In this document: positions 1 to 8,817 of the stretch, in pieces
Numbering within the stretch: position 1 is the stretch's first letter
Layout of the letters: every line of letters begins with the position of its first letter
NCBI GenBank assembly: GCA_021781655.1
Contig: JAJXWJ010000040.1
Location: forward strand, 1 to 29,971
Source: Bacillota bacterium
GTDB taxonomy: Bacteria; Bacillota; Clostridia; Clostridiales; Clostridiaceae
Length of the DNA: 29,971 nucleotides
Direction: 5' to 3'
Made by a program: the position numbers and the translations under genes
The notes under the pieces: model-generated
Told to the model about the DNA's origin: nothing
The model's input: the letters and a program-made list of their open reading frames with translations, nothing else
Database searches by the model: none

Positions 1-1
1 C

Positions 2-52
2 AAAGGATGGATTAATTCCCTATATTAGTAATTAATCCATCCTTTATTTTTT
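2..52 (+). terminator. Rho-independent terminator hairpin (aaaggatggattaat...attaatccatccttt) followed by a T-tract; terminates a + strand gene upstream of the window
   Basis: A perfect 15-bp inverted repeat at 2-16 and 31-45 is followed by tttatttttt. Confidence 0.55.
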
Positions 53-121
53 ACCACTTCATAGTGTATTTATGAAAGTTTAATCGCTTACAATAATTGG
101 TATTATTAGCTTGATGGCTAT

Positions 122-424
122 GGGGCACAGCCCAAACCCCTATAAGAGTGTAAAATAAAATTAAGAGACTGCCACCATCTGATTAGCGTGCTTAATTATG
201 GTTCAAGAGGAAACATGGGCACAGCCCAAACCCCTATAAGAGTGTAGGATAAAATTAAGAGACTGCCACCATCTGATTAGCGTGTTTAATTATAGTTCAA
301 GAGGAAACATGGGCACAGCCCAAACCCCTATAAGAGTGTAAAATAAAATTAAGAGACTGCCACCATCTGATTAGCATGCTTAATTATAGTTCAAGAGGAA
401 ACATGGGCACAGCCCAAACCCCTA
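122..424. repeat. Tandem direct repeat with a ~94-bp unit and 3.2 near-identical copies (units begin at about 122, 217, 311 and 405)
   Basis: The unit gggcacagcccaaacccctataagagtgtaaaataaaattaagagactgccaccatctgattagcgtgcttaattatggttcaagaggaaacat repeats head-to-tail with 2-3 SNPs per copy. There are no spacers, so it is not CRISPR. Confidence 0.9.
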
Positions 425-841
425 GTAGGTTTCCTTGTTAAGGTCTATTTTTTCGGTGGTTTTGTCATCATTTTCTTTATGAAATTTGAACTTATAACCA
501 TAATGCATTGCTACAATTACAAGAATTAGAATTGGAACAATAGGAATGTGGTGAAATAATATGACGGCTAATACTATTAGTGTTATAGGTAAAGCGGCTA
601 CTACATGGTTGTCCTTTTTTATTAATAGCTTAGTTTTGTTACCTTTATCGATAGCTTTTTTTACGCCATCAGCAAATTCTTTTCCAGAAAAATCTTCTCC
701 TTTAGTTTTATCTTGTTTTTCTAGATAGATTAAAGCCTCAACAATATCGCCATTACATTTTTCTAAAGCATTTTTAGCATCTTCATAGTTTACGTTAGCT
801 CTTTTTCTTAACTCATCGATTAATTCTAATTTAATATTCAT
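422..841 (-). CDS. DUF4342-like protein with an N-terminal UBA/NAC-like domain and a C-terminal hydrophobic region
   Basis: The ORF and its architecture suggest this call. The likely start is the internal ATG (MNIKLE...), which has a GGAGG RBS 8 nt upstream. The 5' ATG in the ORF track overlaps that RBS. Confidence 0.5.
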   Translation of the reverse strand: MNIKLELIDELRKRANVNYEDAKNALEKCNGDIVEALIYLEKQDKTKGEDFSGKEFADGVKKAIDKGNKTKLLIKKDNHVVAALPITLIVLAVILFHHIPIVPILILVIVAMHYGYKFKFHKENDDKTTEKIDLNKETY

Positions 842-1018
842 AATGAAAACCTCCAATTTGTTTTTTGTTTTATTTCATGTTTTTATTATAAAAAAATTAT
901 ATTAGAGAAAAATTAATAAAAGATTAGAATTTGATTAGAAAATTTAAAGTATTATATAGAGACAATATATTTGCAAAGTCATATACTATAATGTAATCAA
1001 AATGCAGGAGTTTAATAT

Positions 1019-1438
1019 ATGTACCTTTGTGATTATTTTAGAGATGATGGATGCTATGGTGAAGAAATACAACCTTGCTGTCCATTAATTTGTAATGATT
1101 ATATGGATAGAATTCAACCGCCAATAATACCACATATGATGCCCCCAAATTTAGAAGTACCAGATAGTAAGGGCTTGCCGCCAGGTCCTCCACCGCCATC
1201 AGCACCAACTAAACAAGCACAAGTAGCTGGAGGTTATCAGACATATGCTGTTGACCAAGGTTCCATAAGACGATGTGTGAATAGATACATTTATATATGG
1301 CCAAGGAGGGGACGTGGATTTTGGGCATGGCTAAATTATATAGGAAGAAAGTCAGTATCAGGATATAAATGGAATGGTTATAGGTGGATATATTTTGGAA
1401 TGGATTTAAGGGAAATTGATAGTTTTGAATGTTATTAA
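1019..1438 (+). CDS. Hypothetical Cys- and Pro-rich protein (N-terminal CxxC/CC cluster, PPGPPPP stretch, W/Y-rich C-terminus)
   Basis: It has an AGGAG RBS 8 nt upstream and a terminator hairpin downstream. It has no recognisable family. Confidence 0.5.
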   Translation: MYLCDYFRDDGCYGEEIQPCCPLICNDYMDRIQPPIIPHMMPPNLEVPDSKGLPPGPPPPSAPTKQAQVAGGYQTYAVDQGSIRRCVNRYIYIWPRRGRGFWAWLNYIGRKSVSGYKWNGYRWIYFGMDLREIDSFECY

Positions 1439-1446
1439 CTATTTAG

Positions 1447-1488
1447 GATTGTTGCATAATTTTCTGTTTTGCAACAATCTTATTTTTT
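1447..1488 (+). terminator. Rho-independent terminator (gattgttgc...gcaacaatc + T-run)
   Basis: A 9-bp stem is followed by ttattttttt. Confidence 0.6.
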
Positions 1489-1606
1489 AGCTTTTGCAAC
1501 CAGTTGAGATGTTGTCAAATAATGAAATTTAGTGTAAAGTAGTGTAAGATGTATACGATAACAAAATATTAGGTATTATGTTCATGAATACGGGGGAGAT
1601 GGTTTT

Positions 1607-2758
1607 ATGATTTCTATTAATGCTTTAGATTATTTAGAATCTGTAGCGGATTTGCAAGTTGATACTATTCCTGGTGGTGTAATATATTTAATTGCTGAAG
1701 GCAATTCATATATTTGGAGAAAACCATCAAAAATCTTTGATATAGATTATTTTCAAGTCGGAGATACTATAGAAGAAGATAGTATAGTAGCAAAAGCTAT
1801 GAGGGAAATGACAACTTTAACGGAAGACATACAAAAAGCTACTTATGGTACCAGACTTAGAATTACTGCTGATCCCGTAGTAGATGATGATGGAAATGTT
1901 GTAGGGGCTTTTTGCATAGTTTATCCTAGGCAGCATCCAGTTGCAAAAGCTTTTTCTGATTTTGCACCGATAGTATCTGAAGTGTTTCCAGAAGGCTCTC
2001 AAATTGTAATGACAGATTTAGAAAAAGTAATATATTCACAATCTTCAACTAAATTTAATATACCAAGTATAGGAGTTGGTTATAAATTAGATGAAAACTC
2101 TAATGCAACTAGAGTAATTAATACAAGAAAACTTGAGATAGTTGAAGATGATGGAAAAAGATTTGGAGTGCCTGTTATGATTGCTACATATCCATTATTT
2201 GATGAAGAAAATTCAAGTCAAATCATTGGCACTTTTGGAGTGATTACACCTAGGACTGTAGCTATTAGTCTTAAGAATATGTCCAATAATCTTTCTGAAG
2301 GCATTGGTGGGATTTCAAAAGCTATTGAACAGTTGTCTTCATCAGCTTCAAATATTCATGGAAATGAACAAAAATTAAACTCAGATATTAGTGAAGTTAT
2401 ATCATTATCAGATAAAATAAATCAAATTTCATCTTTTATTAAAGATATAGCAGATCAAACTAAAATGTTAGGACTTAATGCAGCTATAGAAGCAGCAAGA
2501 GCTGGTGAGGCAGGAAAAGGTTTTGGGGTTGTGGCAGATCAAATAAGAAAGTTGTCTGAACAATCCAAGAGTACAGTACCTCAAATTAAAGGGCTTACAG
2601 ATGATATTAAAAATAAAATCGATGAATCGAGTAAAATTAGTACTGATTCCTTAGCTTCAAGTGAAGCCCAAGTTTCAGCAACTCAAGAAATTACATCTAA
2701 TATTGAAGAGCTAAGTGCACTATCAGAAGAACTAAATGAAATAGCTTTAAAATTATGA
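1607..2758 (+). CDS. Soluble methyl-accepting chemotaxis protein with no TM segment and an MCP signalling domain
   Basis: It contains the MCP signalling-domain signature [34 protein letters not shown]. It has a GGGGGAGA RBS. Confidence 0.8.
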   Translation: MISINALDYLESVADLQVDTIPGGVIYLIAEGNSYIWRKPSKIFDIDYFQVGDTIEEDSIVAKAMREMTTLTEDIQKATYGTRLRITADPVVDDDGNVVGAFCIVYPRQHPVAKAFSDFAPIVSEVFPEGSQIVMTDLEKVIYSQSSTKFNIPSIGVGYKLDENSNATRVINTRKLEIVEDDGKRFGVPVMIATYPLFDEENSSQIIGTFGVITPRTVAISLKNMSNNLSEGIGGISKAIEQLSSSASNIHGNEQKLNSDISEVISLSDKINQISSFIKDIADQTKMLGLNAAIEAARAGEAGKGFGVVADQIRKLSEQSKSTVPQIKGLTDDIKNKIDESSKISTDSLASSEAQVSATQEITSNIEELSALSEELNEIALKL

Positions 2759-2760
2759 TA

Positions 2761-2800
2761 AAAAGACCTTCGAGATTATATTTCTCGAAGATCTTTTTCA
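2761..2800. terminator. Bidirectional terminator hairpin between the convergent MCP and degV genes
   Basis: Arms agaccttcgaga/tctcgaagatct are flanked by A-run and T-run. Confidence 0.55.
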
Positions 2801-3639
2801 GTATAGTAAACTATTCCTATGGCACCTGGTCCTACATGTAATCCGATAACCGCACCTATATCACATATGTTTACAGCTATATTTAATTTTTCAGATATCA
2901 TATTAGCAAGAGCTTTTGCTTCATCATAACAGTTGATATGATGGACAACCACTTCTCCTAATCCGTAATTTTTAACATCTTGAAGAAATTTATCAAGCAT
3001 AGCTAGGGTTGCTTTCTTTTTAGTTCGCACTTTACTAAAAATAGTAGTAACTCCCTTTTCAACAGTTAAAATAGGTATTATTTTTAGGATATTTCCTATT
3101 AAAGCACCTGCACCGCCTATTCTGCCACCTTTTTTTAAATATACCAAATTATCTGGAATAAATAAAAAGCGGCTTCTTTTCATATTATCCAGTGCTATTT
3201 GTTTAACTGTTTCAATACTTTTGTTTTGCAGAGCAGCTCTAGCAGCTACAATGGCAGCAAAGCCAAGCTGCATGGAATTTGACATAGAATCTATTATTTC
3301 TATTTTCGCATCGTTAAAACGTTCTAAAATCATATTTTTAGCTATGTGTGCTGTTGCAAAGGTGCCGCTCATTTTAGAAGAAAGAAATATACATAACATA
3401 CTACTATTAGATTTAACAGCGGCTTCCATCTGCTTGTATATATCATCTATAGATGGTTGAGAAGATATAGGAATCCCCTGCTTTTCCATAAGATCATAAA
3501 AAGTAGTGTTATCTATTTCATTTTCCTTGAAACTCTGATTTTCGAAGGAAACGTTAAGAGAAACTACATGAATATTTAAATTACTTTTTGTAGCCTCATC
3601 AATATAGCTTGTGCTATCTGTTAATATTTGTACAGACAT
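2776..3639 (-). CDS. DegV family fatty-acid-binding protein
   Basis: DegV-type sequence is present throughout. The start is set at MSVQILTDS, which has an AGGGGA RBS. The ORF track's upstream ATG has no RBS. Confidence 0.85.
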   Translation of the reverse strand: MSVQILTDSTSYIDEATKSNLNIHVVSLNVSFENQSFKENEIDNTTFYDLMEKQGIPISSQPSIDDIYKQMEAAVKSNSSMLCIFLSSKMSGTFATAHIAKNMILERFNDAKIEIIDSMSNSMQLGFAAIVAARAALQNKSIETVKQIALDNMKRSRFLFIPDNLVYLKKGGRIGGAGALIGNILKIIPILTVEKGVTTIFSKVRTKKKATLAMLDKFLQDVKNYGLGEVVVHHINCYDEAKALANMISEKLNIAVNICDIGAVIGLHVGPGAIGIVYYTEKDLREI

Positions 3640-3881
3640 AAATTCATCCCCTATCAAGTATGGCATATATTATTGATTATAGCATTTTTATGAAATTTTA
3701 TAAATGATAAGTTCATAATAGGTAAAATAAAAGTGTAAGCAACAAACAGATTACAAATTTTTCAAAGTGTATATCTAATATATTAATAATGTGTGAATTT
3801 TAATGTTTTTAAATATAATCAATGATAAAATAGTGGTAAATAATCGAAAATAATGTTTTAAAGAGAGAGGCGAATTTTTTA

Positions 3882-4709
3882 ATGACAATCATTCAAACCA
3901 TAATATTAGCAATAGTACAAGGAATAACCGAGTTGTTTCCAATTAGTAGTGTAGGTCATTCGGTAATAACGCCATATGTTTTTGGCTGGAAGTTAGATCC
4001 ACTATTTTTGAAGGAAAATTTTTTACCCTTTGTAGTTATGATGCATTTAGGAACTTCTATAGCACTTATAGTATATTTTAGGAAGGATTGGGCAGAAGTT
4101 ATTACATCAGTTTTTGGTAGTGGTAAAAACTCAAAAAAAATTGTCATGCTAATAATTATTGGAACACTTCCAGCAGCTATAATTGGATTTGTATTTGAAA
4201 AAAAGTTTTTAGATATATTTAGCAATGTTAGATACGCAGCAATATTTTTAATTATTAATGGTATATTGCTTTATGTGGGTGAAAATTCTACAAGAAGAGG
4301 ACGTAAAAGTATAGAAAATTTAAATTATAGACAAGCAGCAGTAATTGGCTTGTTTCAATCCTTAGCGCTTATACCTGGCTTTTCAAGGTCTGGAGCAAGT
4401 ATGACAGCTGGTTTTTGGATGGGACTTAAACATGAAGCTTCTGCAAAGTTTTCAATGCTTTTAGCTACGCCTATTATAGCTGGTGCTGGTATATTAGAGG
4501 TACCAAAGTTATTTAAGCCTGCAAATAGAGCTATATTAGGTTATTCCATAATAGGTGGTATTGTTGCAGCTATAGTAGCATCAATTAGCATTACGCTAAT
4601 GATGAAATGGTTTCATAAAAAAGAAGTTAATGCAATGAGACCTTTTTCTTATTATTGCGCTGGTTTAGGAGTAGTAGTTTTAGTTTCAAGCTTTTTTATA
4701 GCTCACTAA
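3882..4709 (+). CDS. uppP: Undecaprenyl-diphosphate phosphatase (UppP/BacA)
   Basis: The N-terminus QGITELFPISSVGHS and the multi-TM architecture are typical of UppP. Confidence 0.9.
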   Translation: MTIIQTIILAIVQGITELFPISSVGHSVITPYVFGWKLDPLFLKENFLPFVVMMHLGTSIALIVYFRKDWAEVITSVFGSGKNSKKIVMLIIIGTLPAAIIGFVFEKKFLDIFSNVRYAAIFLIINGILLYVGENSTRRGRKSIENLNYRQAAVIGLFQSLALIPGFSRSGASMTAGFWMGLKHEASAKFSMLLATPIIAGAGILEVPKLFKPANRAILGYSIIGGIVAAIVASISITLMMKWFHKKEVNAMRPFSYYCAGLGVVVLVSSFFIAH

Positions 4710-4741
4710 AAGGTTAAAATTCACAATTATAAGGTGATAAA

Positions 4742-5341
4742 ATGAGAGAAAAAATTGATATAAAGTATTTAAAGATTTACCTTTTTATTTTAATAGTTGT
4801 TATTGTAGGAACAAGTGGCTTAACTTTATATTTTAGTAAATTAAGTGAAGCTAGTAATGAAACCTACAGTTCTAGTCTTACGCTTAATGAGATTAAAGAT
4901 GTTGCTAAGCTAGGTACTGTAGAATATTTAATGGAATCAAGGGTACTTATAGATGATAAAGGAAAAGTTATATTTTCATTAACTATTCCTGGAACAGAAA
5001 AAACTTATATTGCAGTAGCACAAGGACAAGTAACAGCAGGCATAGATTTAAATAAAATAAGTTACTTTAAAGTTAATAATGGTAAGGCAGAAATAAAGCT
5101 ACCTAAATCTGAAATTTTATACAAAAGTGTAGACCCATCTACTAAATGGGAAAAGGAAATGTCTGGCATATTTGCTCATATTACACCCGAGGAAATTACA
5201 AAAGCTGAAGTACAGGCACAAAACGATATGGTAAATAGAGCTATAAAAGAAGGGATTTTAGACAAAGCTGATAGCAATGCTAAAAAACTTATAACAAATT
5301 ATTTAAATGCAGCTGGGGTTAAAGAAGTTGTATTTGAATGA
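4742..5341 (+). CDS. Membrane-anchored protein with an N-terminal TM segment, possibly DUF4230-like
   Basis: It has a single N-terminal TM segment and an RBS. The family assignment is tentative. Confidence 0.5.
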   Translation: MREKIDIKYLKIYLFILIVVIVGTSGLTLYFSKLSEASNETYSSSLTLNEIKDVAKLGTVEYLMESRVLIDDKGKVIFSLTIPGTEKTYIAVAQGQVTAGIDLNKISYFKVNNGKAEIKLPKSEILYKSVDPSTKWEKEMSGIFAHITPEEITKAEVQAQNDMVNRAIKEGILDKADSNAKKLITNYLNAAGVKEVVFE

Positions 5342-5360
5342 TGAGGAAGAATAAAATAAA

Positions 5361-5460
5361 GATGTGACGCAAGTTGCCTCTATAAAAATCCTAAGAAAGT
5401 GCAACGCATTGAGTTTTAATTGACAAATGTCAATTAAAACTCCCTTTGTTTCACTTTTAA
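5361..5460. repeat. Copy A of a MITE-like inverted-repeat element family (collapsed short form with a perfect ttaattgacaaatgtcaattaa palindrome)
   Basis: Bases 5361-5413 are the reverse complement of 16168-16220. The ends gtgcaacgcatt...gtttcac are shared with copies B and C. Confidence 0.8.
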
Positions 5461-5501
5461 TCTTTTTATAGCTTAACAATATGCGTCGAATCTTCTATTT
5501 A

Positions 5502-6245
5502 TCACTGTAAAACAGGAATATTCATTTCTACAGTTGCTTCAGGCAATTTACCTTCCATTCCTAAATAATAATGAGTTATTGGGATTACGTCATCATTTAA
5601 TTCGTATACAAGTGGGGTTCCAGTAGGTATATTTAAGTTTACAATTCCGTTACTTGGGATATTGTCTAAATACCGTACTAGAGCCCTTATTGTATTTCCG
5701 TGAGCACATATTATAACTTTTTTATTTGCTTTTATTGATGGACATATGAATTCCATCCAATATTGTAGAACCCTTTTTTCGGTATCTTCTAAGTTTTCCG
5801 TAAGAGGTATATCATCTTCTATTAAATCATGATATTTATATTCCTTGCCTGCATATCTAGGATCATCTTTTGTTAATGCAGGAGGACGTACATCTACATA
5901 CCTTCTCCATTTATGAACTTGTTCTTCACCGTATTTTTTTATAGTTTCTGATTTATTTAAACCTTGAAGAGCTCCGTAATGACGTTCGTTTAATTTCCAA
6001 CATTTGTTTACTGGAATCCACATTATATCCATTTCATGAAGTATAATATTTAAAGTTCTTATAGCTCTTTTTAGTACAGAAGTATATCCTATATCAAAAG
6101 TGTATCCATTGTTTTTTAAAATTTTACCTGCATCTCTTGCTTCTGTTAGCCCATCAAAGGATAAATCTACATCTGTCCAACCAGTAAATTTATTTTCTTT
6201 ATTCCATTCACTTTCACCGTGTCTTACTAAAACAAGTTTATACAT
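5502..6245 (-). CDS. gpmA: 2,3-bisphosphoglycerate-dependent phosphoglycerate mutase
   Basis: It carries the [12 protein letters not shown] histidine-phosphatase motif. The start is MYKLVL, which has a GAGGTG RBS. The upstream GTG in the ORF track overlaps that RBS. Confidence 0.9.
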   Translation of the reverse strand: MYKLVLVRHGESEWNKENKFTGWTDVDLSFDGLTEARDAGKILKNNGYTFDIGYTSVLKRAIRTLNIILHEMDIMWIPVNKCWKLNERHYGALQGLNKSETIKKYGEEQVHKWRRYVDVRPPALTKDDPRYAGKEYKYHDLIEDDIPLTENLEDTEKRVLQYWMEFICPSIKANKKVIICAHGNTIRALVRYLDNIPSNGIVNLNIPTGTPLVYELNDDVIPITHYYLGMEGKLPEATVEMNIPVLQ

Positions 6246-6331
6246 AAAATCCACCTCGATTAATTTAACTGTTTATTATTATTAGTAATTTTAAGATAAT
6301 TTATTCACAATATTTTTCTAATACCTATCTA

Positions 6332-6360
6332 TTTACACAGAACAGATGTTCGTATATAAT
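6332..6360 (+). promoter_or_regulatory. Sigma-A promoter (TTTACA-17-TATAAT) with a LexA/Cheo SOS box aGAACagatGTTCg in the spacer
   Basis: The -35 is at 6332-6337 and the -10 at 6355-6360. GAAC-N4-GTTC lies at 6340-6351. Confidence 0.7.
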
Positions 6361-6395
6361 TAAGGTAATATTATTATGGAATAGAAGGTAAGTTT

Positions 6396-7652
6396 ATGAA
6401 TAAGAAGAGAATTATATTTCATATCGATGTAAACTCGGCATTTTTGTCTTGGACTGCGGCATATAGGCTTCAGCAAGGAGAAATTTTAGATTTACGAACA
6501 ATACCAGCTGTGGTTGGTGGAAATCCTTTAGAGAGACATGGAATAGTTTTAGCAAAATCTATACCAGCAAAAAAATACAAAATAGAAACTGGGGAACCAT
6601 TATTTTCAGCAGTGCAAAAATGTCCAGAGCTTACGATAGTTAAACCTCAATATGATTTATATATAAAATGCAGTAATGCTATGGTTGAGGTTTTAAAGGA
6701 ATATACGCCTAAAGTGCAAAGATTTTCTGTGGATGAGTGTTTTTTAGAGTTCACTGGTATGGAAAATGTATACGGGGATTACATACAATTAGCAAAGGAT
6801 ATAAAGGAAAGGATAAAAAAGGAACTTGGTTTTACTGTGAATATAGGAATATCATCAAATAAACTTCTAGCAAAGGTAGCTTCTGATTTTACAAAGCCAG
6901 ACATGGTTCATACTTTATTCAAGGAAGAAATAAAATATAAAATGTGGCCCCTTCCAGTAGGTGACCTATTTATGGTTGGAAGAAAAACGGTGTCAAAATT
7001 AAATAAGCTTAATATAAGAACGATAGGAGACTTAGCAAACTTTGACCTAAGTGTTTTGAAGGCGGTTCTTAAAAGTCATGGAGTGCTTATATGGAACTAT
7101 GCAAATGGTGTTGAAGATTCAGAAGTTAGGTGTGGTAATTTTATCAACATGAAGGGACTAGGAAATTCTACTACAATATCTTTTGATGTAGAGGATATAA
7201 GAACAGCTCATATGATTTTATTGTCCTTATGTGAAACAGTAGGAATGAGACTTAGAGATTCAGAAAATTTATGTAGTTTGGTTTCTGTGGTAATAAAAAA
7301 TAGCGATTTTTTAATGTATAGAAGACAAAGGAAAATTTACTATGCTACAGATAGCACAAAAGAAATATCAAAAATAGCATGTGAGTTGTTCGATGAAATT
7401 TGGAAAGGGGAAGCTTTACGACTTATTGGAGTGTCTGTTTCTGAGCTTTGCACAAATGAAATGTATCAGATATCGATTTTTGAAGAGGAAAATATAGAAA
7501 AGGAAAGAGCCTTAGATAGCACTATTGATAAAATAAGAAGGAAATATGGCTCAAAAGCTATTTTAAGGGGAAGTTTTTTACATTCCGGAATAAATCCCAT
7601 AAATGGAGGCATTTCTGAAGAAAATTATCCTATTATGAGTAGTATTTTGTAA
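6396..7652 (+). CDS. Y-family translesion DNA polymerase (UmuC/DinB/UvrX-like)
   Basis: ImpB/MucB/SamB-type motifs are present (HIDVNSAFLS, SVDECFLEFTG). It is predicted to be SOS-regulated. Confidence 0.85.
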   Translation: MNKKRIIFHIDVNSAFLSWTAAYRLQQGEILDLRTIPAVVGGNPLERHGIVLAKSIPAKKYKIETGEPLFSAVQKCPELTIVKPQYDLYIKCSNAMVEVLKEYTPKVQRFSVDECFLEFTGMENVYGDYIQLAKDIKERIKKELGFTVNIGISSNKLLAKVASDFTKPDMVHTLFKEEIKYKMWPLPVGDLFMVGRKTVSKLNKLNIRTIGDLANFDLSVLKAVLKSHGVLIWNYANGVEDSEVRCGNFINMKGLGNSTTISFDVEDIRTAHMILLSLCETVGMRLRDSENLCSLVSVVIKNSDFLMYRRQRKIYYATDSTKEISKIACELFDEIWKGEALRLIGVSVSELCTNEMYQISIFEEENIEKERALDSTIDKIRRKYGSKAILRGSFLHSGINPINGGISEENYPIMSSIL

Positions 7653-7664
7653 GGGGTGTATGAA

Positions 7665-7928
7665 ATGAAAATTGTGGCAAAGTCTATAGAAATGGTGGCA
7701 TGGTTTTCAAAGGACGGAATTCCTCATCCTGTTAGATTTAGAATATCTAACGAAGATGAGACTGTTTCAGTTATTAAAGTTGATAAGGTAATATTTAGAG
7801 AAAAGGAAAAAATAGCAGGAAATAATATGCTTGTGTTTAGATGCCAAAGTAGAATATATGGCGAGGAAAAAATTTATGAAATAAAATATGATATTATAAC
7901 TTGTAAATGGATATTATTTAAAATATAA
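7665..7928 (+). CDS. Small hypothetical protein that appears to be co-transcribed with the Y-family polymerase
   Basis: It starts 13 nt after the polymerase stop and has an AAGGGG RBS 8 nt before the ATG at 7665. The ORF-track start at 7656 is a GTG inside that RBS. Confidence 0.5.
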   Translation: MKIVAKSIEMVAWFSKDGIPHPVRFRISNEDETVSVIKVDKVIFREKEKIAGNNMLVFRCQSRIYGEEKIYEIKYDIITCKWILFKI

Positions 7929-7929
7929 A

Positions 7930-7961
7930 GGCTTCTAAAAATAAATTTATTTTTAGAAGCC
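7930..7961. terminator. Bidirectional terminator formed by a perfect 32-bp palindrome (ggcttctaaaaataaa|tttatttttagaagcc)
   Basis: It lies between the convergent polymerase operon and the crp-like gene. Confidence 0.6.
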
Positions 7962-8636
7962 CATAATAATGCTTTCTAATCTTTCTACATCTAATATTTT
8001 AAAACTATTTTTGTGAAAGTCTACAATGCCTTCATTTTGCATATTAATGAGTTCTCTTGAAAGTGAAGGCCTTAAAACTCCAAGTTCTTCTGCCATTTCT
8101 TTTCTTGAAGCATTGATAGTAAAGGTAAGGTTTTTATTTATCTTATAATTATCTAAAAGAAAGCTTGCAATTTTTTGCCTTAAAGTATCATAGGAAAGAT
8201 TTGTTAGCTTTTTGTTTAACATCAATATTTTGTTGGATAATAGCCCCATAAAGTTATTTAAAAGCGTGGCATTGTTTGAACAAAGAGTTATTATATTTTG
8301 CTTTGAAATAAAAAGTATAGATACATTTGAGGCTGCGACAATAGTTGAAGGATATTTGCTCATTTTAGAAAATACTATTACTTCTCCAAATATATTTCCT
8401 TCTGAAAGCTTTGCAAGAGTAACGTTTTTACCAGAGGCAAAAATTTTTTTTATCTCTACTTCTCCAGCTATAACTATACCCAGACTATTACAATTATCAC
8501 CTTCAATAGCTATATATTGATCTTTTGAAAAGTCACAAATTGTAAGTTCGATTTTACTTAATATTTCTTCAATAGAATTATCATTAAAGCCTTTAAAAAT
8601 AATACAATTTTTAAGTATAGGTATTATGTCTCTCAT
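7953..8636 (-). CDS. Crp/Fnr family transcriptional regulator (cNMP-binding domain plus C-terminal HTH)
   Basis: The C-terminal HTH RKEMAEELGVLRPSLSRELINMQNEGIV is typical of Crp/Fnr. Confidence 0.8.
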   Translation of the reverse strand: MRDIIPILKNCIIFKGFNDNSIEEILSKIELTICDFSKDQYIAIEGDNCNSLGIVIAGEVEIKKIFASGKNVTLAKLSEGNIFGEVIVFSKMSKYPSTIVAASNVSILFISKQNIITLCSNNATLLNNFMGLLSNKILMLNKKLTNLSYDTLRQKIASFLLDNYKINKNLTFTINASRKEMAEELGVLRPSLSRELINMQNEGIVDFHKNSFKILDVERLESIIMGF

Positions 8637-8817
8637 ACATATCTCCTTTTTTAAAACTTAACGTAATGATTTTATTATATGTTACTACAATTAGTATATA
8701 AACACAATATAAGATGAAAAAGTGGGATAGTAGGTATATATCTAGATGCTTATGAAGTATACAAAAATAATAAAAGCTGTTATATTAAAAATAGTAAAAC
8801 AACAATGGAGGTAAATA

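Noticed and set aside
122-424. Possible CRISPR array
   Set aside because: The repeats are 94 bp long and directly contiguous, with no unique spacers. No cas genes are nearby. It is a plain tandem duplication.
3221-3460. 79-aa + ORF inside degV and other small internal ORFs (1817-2002, 3956-4225, 6100-6285, 8212-8520, 10541-10777, 12400-12903, 13443-13628, 20016-20246, 21638-21823, 23271-23453, 24381-24608, 26724-26909)
   Set aside because: All are embedded antisense or out of frame within confidently assigned genes. They lack an RBS and have low-complexity translations.
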